A DNA stretch of 64,000 nucleotides. Origin: Chloroflexota bacterium (GTDB taxonomy: Bacteria; Chloroflexota; Anaerolineae; CAYNKW01). Made by a program: the position numbers and the translations under genes. Position 1 is the stretch's first letter; every line of letters starts with the position of its first letter. The notes below the pieces were generated by a model that was not told where the DNA came from, ran no database searches, and saw only the letters and a list, made by a program, of their open reading frames with translations. Location: positions 126,517 through 190,516 of the forward strand of contig JBMOMT010000060.1 of the NCBI GenBank assembly GCA_049324835.1, read 5' to 3'. Below are positions 42,608 to 50,516 of this stretch, piece by piece.

Positions 42608-43577
42608 CAGACCCCATCGGAGCCATGCCTGCCAGAGATGTTACCCCGGCCAGCCCGCCCAGGTTCATCGTATCCACCGCGCTGCTGGGCACGATGACCA
42701 GCGCGCCGCGCTCTTTTAAGCCCTCGAAGAGCATGTTCATCGCCCGCAGGTGCAGCGCCACCGGGCTGTCTGCGTACGCCTCGGCCGCCTCGCGGAAGCT
42801 GTGGGCGATCTGCTTCTCGCTCTCGCCCAGGATGACCCGCGCCTGACGCTCACGCTCGGCTTGAGCCTGACGGCTCATGGCATCTTCCAGCGCCTCCGGG
42901 ATGACGACATCGCGGATCTCGACCGATTGCACCGTCACGCCCCAGGGGGTGGTGCGCTCGTCGATGATCTTTTGCAGCTCGGCGTCCATGGCGGCGCGAC
43001 CCACCAGGATGGCTGCCAGGTCCATCTGGCCGATGATCTCACGCAACGCCGTCTGCGCCGCCCAGGCGATGGCCACGCGATAGTCTTCCACTTCCAGGGC
43101 CGCCTTTTCGGCGTCCCACACCACCCAAAATAGCACGGCGTCCACATCAACGGGCACGGTGTCTTTGGTGAGCGTCTTTTCGGCGTTAAAGGGCGTGACC
43201 ATCACGCGGTGATCGATCCAGGCTGGAATGCTGTCCACGACGGGGATGACCCAGAACAGCCCCGGCCCTTTCAGGCCGCGAAACCTGCCAAAGCGCAGGA
43301 CGATGGCCTTTTCCCACTGGTTGGCTACCTTGATGGCGAACAGGAAAGCGAGACCCACCAGCGCGCCGGTCAGGACGATTGCTGCCAGGAACCAGTCGGC
43401 TGCGTCGATCAGGACGTCCAAAACAAGGGCCGTGACGATGCAGAGTGTCAGCACGATCACAAACACCGTCGTCGAGACGCCATTGACCATTTTCGAAAAA
43501 TTGTAAGCTTGTTGGGCAGATATACCTGACCTGTCTGTGCGTCGGGCCTGGACGCGAAGATACTTTGAGCTTTGCAT
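42585..43577 (-). CDS. stomatin/slipin-type SPFH (band 7) protein
   Basis: N-terminal TM, then IVLRFGRFRGLKGPGLFWVIPVVDS (the stomatin-type PHB start), then a coiled coil. Confidence 0.8.
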   Translation of the reverse strand: MQSSKYLRVQARRTDRSGISAQQAYNFSKMVNGVSTTVFVIVLTLCIVTALVLDVLIDAADWFLAAIVLTGALVGLAFLFAIKVANQWEKAIVLRFGRFRGLKGPGLFWVIPVVDSIPAWIDHRVMVTPFNAEKTLTKDTVPVDVDAVLFWVVWDAEKAALEVEDYRVAIAWAAQTALREIIGQMDLAAILVGRAAMDAELQKIIDERTTPWGVTVQSVEIRDVVIPEALEDAMSRQAQAERERQARVILGESEKQIAHSFREAAEAYADSPVALHLRAMNMLFEGLKERGALVIVPSSAVDTMNLGGLAGVTSLAGMAPMGSDSVKREA

Positions 43578-43586
43578 GTTGTCCTC

Positions 43587-43982
43587 CTAATGTGCTTTCA
43601 CGCGGCTGAATACTTTTTCCAGTTTGTTCTGGAAGGTCTGTTCCACTTCTCGACGGCTGTACCCCAGGTTGGCCAGTTCATCCAACGCCGTGACGATGAT
43701 GAGCCTCATTTTTTCCTCTCGCATGTGGGTCAGTGACTCCTCTTCGGGGCTATCGGCCACAAACGTGCCCCGCCCCCGTTGGGTAGAGATGAGCCCTTCC
43801 CGTTCGAGTTCAAAATAAGCCCGCACGACGGTGTTAAAGTTGATGCGCAGGTCGGTGGCCAGTTGCCGGATGGTGGGCAGTTGATCGCCTGGCTTGAGTT
43901 GTCCCGCTGCGATCTGGGCCTTGATCTGCTCCGTGATCTGGGCGTATATCGGCAACCGGCTTTCGGTGTCGATCTGGACCAC
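43587..43982 (-). CDS. GntR family transcriptional regulator, short YtrA-like subtype
   Basis: winged HTH LPIYAQITEQIKAQIAAGQLKPGDQLPTIRQLATDLRINFNTVVRAYFELEREGLI. Only about 130 aa (short C-terminal domain). GTG start at 43980-43982 with AGGAGG RBS. Confidence 0.8.
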   Translation of the reverse strand: MVQIDTESRLPIYAQITEQIKAQIAAGQLKPGDQLPTIRQLATDLRINFNTVVRAYFELEREGLISTQRGRGTFVADSPEEESLTHMREEKMRLIIVTALDELANLGYSRREVEQTFQNKLEKVFSRVKAH

Positions 43983-44013
43983 GCCTTGCCTCCTATTGTA
44001 ATACTAATACATT

Positions 44014-44053
44014 ATTGTACTAGTATTATAGTACAATTTTGGGAAAATGTCAA
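44014..44053 (-). promoter_or_regulatory. consensus sigma-70 promoter (TTGACA-17-TATAAT) overlapped by a 9-6-9 palindrome ATTGTACTA-N6-TAGTACAAT: promoter and likely operator of the GntR-headed unit
   Basis: On the minus strand TTGACA (plus 44048-44053), 17-nt spacer, TATAAT (plus 44025-44030). Palindrome at 44014-44037 covers the -10 and transcription start. The region is sharply AT-rich in a GC-rich genome. Confidence 0.65.
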
Positions 44054-44118
44054 GGCCCAAAAAAGTCATCGAGTCTTTGCCGTTGCAGATTGGCTGCTCT
44101 ATGCTATAATGGACAAAC

Positions 44119-44267
44119 GTAACTGCTCAGCCTACCCTCCCGCAGGCTAAAATCGTTTACCCTGTCCCACAATCTAGTCGACTGGACGCTGGCGAATCGG
44201 CAAATTGCGGCAGTGGGCACGGCATTGCCGTGCCCCTACAAGAGCCTGCGGGAGGGTGAGCAGTTAC
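44119..44267. repeat. MITE-like repeat element, copy C (most complete), flanked by 8-bp target-site duplication GGACAAAC
   Basis: Termini GTAACTGCTCAGCCTACCCTCCCGCAGGC ... GCCTGCGGGAGGGTGAGCAGTTAC (terminal inverted repeats). Direct repeat GGACAAAC at 44111-44118 and 44268-44275. Internal hairpin GGGCACGGCATTGCCGTGCCC. Confidence 0.8.
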
Positions 44268-44353
44268 GGACAAACATGGAACCAGGTGTTGGTTTTGACC
44301 GTCTATGAAACAGGTATCACACTTTTGCTGCCATGACATTCAAGGAGGAGAAC

Positions 44354-45310
44354 ATGAAACAGCTACGTCCCCCCAGCCCTTTGCCTGTTCTGTTGATCCT
44401 GTTGGCGGCAGCCCTGATCGTCGCCGGCTGCGCCAAATCGCCCTCAGAGAGGACCGAACAGGTTGTGCGGGAGATGGTCAGAGAGACGGTGGTCGTCGCC
44501 GGCACGCCGCAAGTGGCGGAAAAGGAAGGCGTGCCCGCGCCGACCATGCCACCCCAGGCAGGAGACGGCGTGGCTCCGCTGCCGGTGGCCTACCGCGTCA
44601 ACCGTATGATCATCAAAAACGCCGAACTGCGCCTGCAAGTGACCGACACCGACCGCGCCATCGATCAGGCGACCCAGATCGCCGCCGACACTTTTGGTTA
44701 CATCCTCTCTGCTCGCACCTGGTACCAGGCCGATTATAAATACGCTACTGTCACCATCGGTGTGCCGGTGGACGAGTTCGAGAACGCCGTGCGCCGCTTG
44801 CGGGCGCTGGCCCTCAAGGTGCTGGACGAAAACGCCTCCGGCAGCGACGTCACCGACCAGTACGTCGATCTGGAGTCGCAACTGCGCAACCTGGAGGCCA
44901 CTGAAGCCCGTATCCGCTCTTTCCTCGACAAGGCCACCACCGTCGAAGAGGCGTTGCTGGTCAACCAAAAGCTGGCCGACATTACCGCTCAGATCGAACA
45001 GATCAAGGGTCAGATGAATTATCTCCAGGATCGGGCGGCCTACTCGACCATCACCGTTCACCTGGAACCGGATGTTCCCACACCCACCCCCACACCCACA
45101 CCCACCCCCACACCCACGCCCACGCCAGAGGCCTGGCGTCCGGCGGAGACCTTGGGCAGCGCCACGGGTGTACTGGGTGCCATCCTGCGGATTCTGGGCG
45201 ATCTGATCATCTGGGTCACGGTGGTGTTGGGGCCGTTCATTCTGCTGCTGGCCTTCATCATCTGGATTGGCGTCCGTCTGCGGCGGCGCTGGCGCAAACC
45301 AGCCGCGTAG
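44354..45310 (+). CDS. DUF4349-like lipoprotein with coiled-coil region, (PT)10 linker and C-terminal TM anchor
   Basis: RBS AAGGAGGAG then ATG 44354. Lipobox LIVAGCAKS. Coiled-coil block ([21 protein letters not shown]...[28 protein letters not shown]). C-terminal TM. Confidence 0.5.
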   Translation: [318 protein letters not shown]

Positions 45311-45329
45311 CCAGGTGTATCGGATAGGA

Positions 45330-45370
45330 GACCCGCCCGCAGGTTGAGCCAACCAACCCGCGGGCGGGTC
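45330..45370. repeat. GC-rich perfect hairpin (GACCCGCCCGCAGG-N13-CCCGCGGGCGGGTC) between convergent genes; arms match the MITE terminal core
   Basis: 11-bp perfect stem plus 2 further pairs. Arms ACCCGCCCGCAGG equal the terminal core of MITE copy B (TACCCGCCCGCAGGCT). No T-tract. May act as a bidirectional stop/RNA-stabilising hairpin for the DUF4349 (+) and GT4 (-) genes. Confidence 0.6.
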
Positions 45371-45414
45371 GGGTACGCCTCACAGATGACGACTGCTCTC
45401 GATGGCCCTGTGGT

Positions 45415-46527
45415 TCACAGACCCAACATCTGGCAATAGATGGCATGCGTGGCCTGAGCCACTTGCGCCTGAGTGAAATGGGCCAGTACGCGCGCCCTTC
45501 CCCTCGCGCCCAGATCTGCCCGCAGGCCGGGCTCGGTCAACAGCCGCGCCAGACAAGATCGTAGTGCGGCGGGGTCTCCCTGGGCAAAGATCAGACCCGC
45601 ATCGCCGATGACGTGTGGGATCTCGCCCGAATCGGAGCCAATCACCGGTATGCCGCAGGCCATGGCTTCTACCAGTATCCGGCCAAACTGCTCTTTCCAG
45701 TTGGGCCGGTCGATCGAAGGCAGCACCAGGACGTCCAGCGCCCGCAGGCGGGCGGGCATCTCGGAGGAGGCCACCCACGCCTCAAAGCGCACCCGATCGG
45801 CCACGCCGAGATCCGCCCCTTGCTGTTCCAGAGCCTCCTTTAGCGGTCCGCTGCCGATAAAATAGAGCTGCCAGTTGACCGCCTCGCCCAGGCCTGCCGC
45901 TGCTTGCAGCAATGTCTCCACGCCCTTTTCCCTCACCAGCCGACCAGCATAACCGATGACAAAGGCCTCTTGAGCCGGTTCAGGTTCGTTCGCCGGAGAA
46001 AAACGGTCGGGATCGACGCCGAACTGTGGGATCACCGTTACCGGGCCGATGTAACCTTTGGCTCGCAACACGGCCTCGGCCTCACGGTTGCCTGCCAGGG
46101 CGTGGTTGGCGTGACGCAAGGTGTAGCGCTCCATCCAGCAAAAAGGGGGGGGATAGCGCCGCTTTAGATTCTGCCAGGTGAAAAAGAGCGTCCGGGCGCT
46201 GGCGCGACGCGCCAGGCGCATGGCTTGAAAAGTGGCCAGATTATAAGGCTCTTCGTCGATGTGCAGCAGGTGGGGGCGCACGCGCCGCACCAACCGACCC
46301 AGTTGCGGGTAAAAATGCAGATGAAACTGCCCATTAAGCGTAATGGGTGTTTCGATCAGGTTGTAACCCTGGGTGTGAAGGCGCTCCAGCCGCAGCACGC
46401 CCCGTTCGTCGCGCCAGGCGGGCGGCACGACGACGGTCAACTCGATGTCCGGCAGGCGGGCCAGTGCTTCCAGCTTGGTCTGGTAGGTGCCGACGACGCC
46501 GGCTTTGGAGAGCATCAGAACGCGCAA
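45415..46527 (-). CDS. glycosyltransferase family 4 (GT-B, group 1)
   Basis: MRVLMLSKAGVVGTYQTKLEAL N-terminus, C-terminal block EAMACGIPVIGSDSGEIPHVIGD, 370 aa. Confidence 0.75.
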   Translation of the reverse strand: MRVLMLSKAGVVGTYQTKLEALARLPDIELTVVVPPAWRDERGVLRLERLHTQGYNLIETPITLNGQFHLHFYPQLGRLVRRVRPHLLHIDEEPYNLATFQAMRLARRASARTLFFTWQNLKRRYPPPFCWMERYTLRHANHALAGNREAEAVLRAKGYIGPVTVIPQFGVDPDRFSPANEPEPAQEAFVIGYAGRLVREKGVETLLQAAAGLGEAVNWQLYFIGSGPLKEALEQQGADLGVADRVRFEAWVASSEMPARLRALDVLVLPSIDRPNWKEQFGRILVEAMACGIPVIGSDSGEIPHVIGDAGLIFAQGDPAALRSCLARLLTEPGLRADLGARGRARVLAHFTQAQVAQATHAIYCQMLGL

Positions 46528-46559
46528 CAGCCTTCCTCCGTGCGGATCGGTTGACCCGA

Positions 46560-48869
46560 TCAGTCAGGCTCGACCAGCGCCGCCAGCTCTTCCGATAAGG
46601 CGGCGATGTCATCGTACGAACGGCGGGCGGCAGCCAGCAGGCCCTCCATCTCGGCGATGCGACGCCGCAGATCGGCTTCGGAGTAACTTTCCAGCCAGGC
46701 GTCGCGGATGAGCTGCTCAAAGCTGCGCGTATCGTCTATGGCTCCCAGGATCAGGTCCAACTCGCCGACCACCAGCTCGAACAGGCGGATCTTGTTGGCC
46801 AGCAAGTCCAGAACATAAGCCTCGATGGTGTTTTGCGCCACCAGGTTCAAGACCACCACTTCTTGCTCCTGGCCCAGGCGGTGCAAACGACCGATGCGCT
46901 GTTCCACTTTCATCGGGTTCCAGGGCAGATCGTAGTTGATCAGCACGCGACAGAATTGTAAATTGTGTCCCTCTGCGCCCGATTCCGTGCTGACGAGGAC
47001 TCTTGTTCCTTCACGAAAGGTACGCACCGCCTCCTCTTTGGCGGCAGCATCCAGGCCACCGTGGAAGACGACCGTCTCGTGGCCGTGAGCCTCGAGTGCG
47101 GCCTGTAGCGCGCGTAGCGAGGGCAAAAACTCGGTGAAAATCACCACCTGATCTGGAAAACGCTCCAGCAGATGCAACACCGCCTGGGTTTTTCGTCCCA
47201 GTGCAATACCCTGGGCCAGGTTCAGAAACCCCGCCAGCCGGTCGCGGGATTCGTCGTTCTGGCGCGGATCGGCCACCATCTTTTCCAGGGTGGCGGCCAC
47301 AGCCTGGGGGCTGCTGCACAGCTCTTTTTGCAGCGTCATCAGTGTCAGCCGCAGGTGGCGCGCCTCGGGTTGACCGGCCAGCTCGTGGCGGATAAAGCCC
47401 GTAACGCCGTCGTAAAGCGCCCTTTCCGCCGGGGTGAGCTGCAGATGGTAGATTGCCGCCTGCCGCGGTGGTAGTTGCACGCTCACCTGGCTGCGTCGAT
47501 GGCGGATCATCACCTCGGCCAGCAGGCGGCGTAGCGCCGGCGTGTTCTGCGGCGTGAGGTTGCGCTGCCGGCGCTGAGGGCGCTCGGCCTGCCGGCGGCG
47601 TGCGGTTTCCCTGGCGGCCTCACTCAGCCGCAGCCGGGCGACGAACTCGTATCGTGCGCGTCGCAGCAGGGAGGAGGTTTCCAGCAGTTCGAAATCGAAC
47701 ACCTCGTAGCCCTGCTGGATCAGCGCCAGAATTTCCTGGCGGGCTTGTTCTCGTCTGCCGGAAAGCGAAAGCGCTGCCAGTTGCGCCAGATCGTGGCTGC
47801 GCCGCCATCTCTTGCGCACCCAGGTGCTGCTCGTCGAGTCCCAGTATCGATCTCGCCACTCCCGCGAGCGGCCCAGGTAACTCCACCACGGATCGCTGCG
47901 CACCGTCCGCCGTGCCGCCCGGCGGGCGCCAGGCTGCTCCAACTGGCGCCGGGCGATAAAATCGCGCCGAAAAGCGCGAGCGGTGCCCAGGTGGCCGGGT
48001 CGCAAGATGTTGATCAGGCCATAGAGTTCCATCAAATCGTTGTGCACCGGCGTAGCGGTGAGCAACAGCACATAGCGTTTGCGGATCTGATTCACAAAGC
48101 GGTGCACCCTGGTGGCGCGATTCTTGAGCTTGTGAGCCTCATCGACGATGAGCAGGTCGTACTCGCGCGCCAGCAGGCTCGAGGCGTACTCGGCCCGCCT
48201 GGCCCGACTCAGAGAGACCAGCCAGCGCAGGCGCGTTTCGCCAGCCGGTAGTTCCAGGTGACCAGGATGGCGGACGACGGTGAACGTCTCGCCGAACTTG
48301 GTTTGCATCTCTTCGCGCCATTGGGCCGTCAGCGAGGCAGGCACCAGGATCAGCACACTCTGGGCCAGCCCCCGTTCGATGAGCTCTTTCATGACAATGC
48401 CGGCCTCGATCGTCTTGCCCAGGCCGACCTCATCGGCCAGCAGGGCGTGACCTCGCATGTCCCGCAGGGCGCGCAACGCGGCCTGGAGCTGGTAATCGTG
48501 ACGGTCGATGTGGATGTCATCCAGGCAGATGAGGCGATCAAAGCCGGTGGATAGACGCAGGCTCTCAGCTCGCAGACGTAGATCATAGATGGCGGGAGAG
48601 TCGGAGGGCATGGTTTGTAAGCGGGCGCGCAGATCGGCTTCCGGCTCGACGATGCGAGGCAGGGGAGCCGCGTCCAGCTCATCAAAGGCTGTGGTCAGGT
48701 CAATGGCCTCAGCCAATGGACGGCCACAGCGGACGCAGGTGGCCTCTTGCAAGGGGTTGGGCCAGTCGCAAAACGGACAAGGCCGCACGGTGATGGAGCG
48801 GGCCGTGCGGCGGGTCGAGGGCGAGCCGGGCTTGAAAGAGGTGGTGAGCCACTCCAGATGTTCGCTCAT
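46560..48869 (-). CDS. SNF2-family DEAH-box helicase with N-terminal zinc ribbon and large Arg-rich insertion
   Basis: CPFCDWPNPLQEATCVRCGRPL zinc ribbon. Walker A ADEVGLGKTIEAG. DEAH (LLIVDEAHKLKN). Helicase-C block (LVSTESGAEGHNLQFCRVLINYDLPWNPMKVEQRIGRLHRLGQ). About 170-aa low-complexity insertion between the lobes. Confidence 0.8.
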   Translation of the reverse strand: MSEHLEWLTTSFKPGSPSTRRTARSITVRPCPFCDWPNPLQEATCVRCGRPLAEAIDLTTAFDELDAAPLPRIVEPEADLRARLQTMPSDSPAIYDLRLRAESLRLSTGFDRLICLDDIHIDRHDYQLQAALRALRDMRGHALLADEVGLGKTIEAGIVMKELIERGLAQSVLILVPASLTAQWREEMQTKFGETFTVVRHPGHLELPAGETRLRWLVSLSRARRAEYASSLLAREYDLLIVDEAHKLKNRATRVHRFVNQIRKRYVLLLTATPVHNDLMELYGLINILRPGHLGTARAFRRDFIARRQLEQPGARRAARRTVRSDPWWSYLGRSREWRDRYWDSTSSTWVRKRWRRSHDLAQLAALSLSGRREQARQEILALIQQGYEVFDFELLETSSLLRRARYEFVARLRLSEAARETARRRQAERPQRRQRNLTPQNTPALRRLLAEVMIRHRRSQVSVQLPPRQAAIYHLQLTPAERALYDGVTGFIRHELAGQPEARHLRLTLMTLQKELCSSPQAVAATLEKMVADPRQNDESRDRLAGFLNLAQGIALGRKTQAVLHLLERFPDQVVIFTEFLPSLRALQAALEAHGHETVVFHGGLDAAAKEEAVRTFREGTRVLVSTESGAEGHNLQFCRVLINYDLPWNPMKVEQRIGRLHRLGQEQEVVVLNLVAQNTIEAYVLDLLANKIRLFELVVGELDLILGAIDDTRSFEQLIRDAWLESYSEADLRRRIAEMEGLLAAARRSYDDIAALSEELAALVEPD

Positions 48870-48909
48870 GTCTCAGGGCCGGGGACATGCCGGCTTGGGG
48901 CCACTTGGC

Positions 48910-49443
48910 TCACCAGCGAACCGGCGCCTTTTTCAGTCGATAGGATCGATCCAGAAACTGTACAAAGCCGTTTTGCCTGCCAAACTCGTACAGCTCTTTG
49001 GTGACCTTGACGTCCTGTTTGCAGTATTCGATGATTTTATCGATCTGGCCGCTTTTGTACCAACGCACGGCGGCCAGGCCGTCGGCAGATTTTTGTGCGC
49101 CCAGCGTGGCGCTGGCCAGGCTATCCAGACTCACCCGAAAGCCCAGCGCGCGGTGAATGTGATCCAGCATATCGATGGTGGGGATCTGCTCGAAGGGGTG
49201 TTCGCTGTAGGCGCGCAGCACCTCGTAATCGAAACGGATCACGTTAAAGCCCACCACCAGCTCGGCCTGGCTCAGGTCGCGCACCAGTGAGGTGACATCG
49301 GCCTCGGTGTAGACGTGGTAGGCCTGGTCGAGAGTGTTATACGTGACGCCAACGGACAGGCCCAGCTGGCGTGTGTTGTGCCGCCCGCCCACGTCATCGA
49401 AGGTTTTTTGTGTTTCCAGATCGAAAAAGAGAATAGGGTTCAT
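48910..49443 (-). CDS. DEDDy-type 3'-5' exonuclease (RNase H-like fold, RNase D/WRN-exo-like)
   Basis: Motif I FFDLETQ (D-x-E), motif III YCKQDV (Y-x3-D). 177 aa single domain. 40 nt upstream of the SNF2 helicase gene on the same strand. Confidence 0.6.
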   Translation of the reverse strand: MNPILFFDLETQKTFDDVGGRHNTRQLGLSVGVTYNTLDQAYHVYTEADVTSLVRDLSQAELVVGFNVIRFDYEVLRAYSEHPFEQIPTIDMLDHIHRALGFRVSLDSLASATLGAQKSADGLAAVRWYKSGQIDKIIEYCKQDVKVTKELYEFGRQNGFVQFLDRSYRLKKAPVRW

Positions 49444-49468
49444 CAGGCTTCACCAGGGTGACATACTA

Positions 49469-50488
49469 TCAGATGGCGAGCTGGGCGTTCAGCGCGTCCA
49501 GCACCAACTGGATGGGATTGATGAGTGTCGTCGTCTCGGAACCGGCGAAAAGCAGGCCAACGATATAACCCTCGTCGTCCAACACCGCCGATCCGGAATC
49601 GCCGCCGGCGCTCATGGCCCCGGCCATCAACTGGTCGGTAAAGGTGGCCAAACGGCTGCCATAGGCCACCTGCACGGTGACGTCGATCTGGACGATGCGG
49701 CCCGTCGTGTAGCCGGTAGTACGACCTGACTTGCGCACGGTTGTGCCCAACGTGGCCTGGCGCACGCCCTGGGGCAGCCCGATCTGCAAGATCTCTTTGC
49801 TCACCAGGTCGGCTGAAAGGGGCAGCGCCAGCGCACAATCCACCTGGTTGAGACCGTCCGATTCCTGAAAGGCCGAGAGGCGATGCCTGGAGCCCACAGC
49901 CCTGGCAATGGCATTGAGTAACTTTTCGACGCCGGTGGCGACGCCGCACACGGCTGGAGTATCGCCAAAATCGATGGGCACGAACTCGGCCAGTGTGGCG
50001 ATCTGATCCGCCGTCGTGCCGCCGTCGTGCGGCCCAGGTTGAAGGATGGCATCACCGACCCTGGCGTCGTTCGAGTTGGCCAGCACATGATTGTTGCTCA
50101 GGATATAGTCGCGGCTGTTTTTGGTCACCAGGCAGCCCAGCGTGCCGGCGGTAATGGCGTAATGGCCGATAGACACGCCGCCGGGGGCGGGCCGCCATTT
50201 GTCCTGAGGGCCTTGAAAAGCCCGGATCTGGCCCACCTCCACCACGTCGCTCTTGACATCCTGGGCGATGACTTTGGGGATCAGGTCCTGGGCGGTCAAC
50301 TGGGCCTGGGGCACCTTTTTGGTCACGCCGACGACGACGCATGGCTCGTCGGTGACGATGCCCTGGCTCTCTTTGAAACCCACGCCGCAGGCCACCACGT
50401 TGGGTTTGCTCAGTAAAAATCTGGCATACTCTTGTCTCACGCCGCGCACCAGTTTGATAGCATCGAGCAGCGTCTGGTTCATGTACAT
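49469..50488 (-). CDS. trypsin/chymotrypsin-like (S1) serine protease with ~90-aa N-terminal pro-like domain, no signal peptide
   Basis: Catalytic His in SNNHVLANS, Asp in GDAILQPG, Ser in GDSGSAVL, and substrate-pocket GY/GT motifs. The N-terminal 90 aa is paralogous to the product of 50517..50783. Confidence 0.75.
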   Translation of the reverse strand: MYMNQTLLDAIKLVRGVRQEYARFLLSKPNVVACGVGFKESQGIVTDEPCVVVGVTKKVPQAQLTAQDLIPKVIAQDVKSDVVEVGQIRAFQGPQDKWRPAPGGVSIGHYAITAGTLGCLVTKNSRDYILSNNHVLANSNDARVGDAILQPGPHDGGTTADQIATLAEFVPIDFGDTPAVCGVATGVEKLLNAIARAVGSRHRLSAFQESDGLNQVDCALALPLSADLVSKEILQIGLPQGVRQATLGTTVRKSGRTTGYTTGRIVQIDVTVQVAYGSRLATFTDQLMAGAMSAGGDSGSAVLDDEGYIVGLLFAGSETTTLINPIQLVLDALNAQLAI

Positions 50489-50516
50489 GGCTCCTCCCCC
50501 CGGCGACTGGCTGGTT

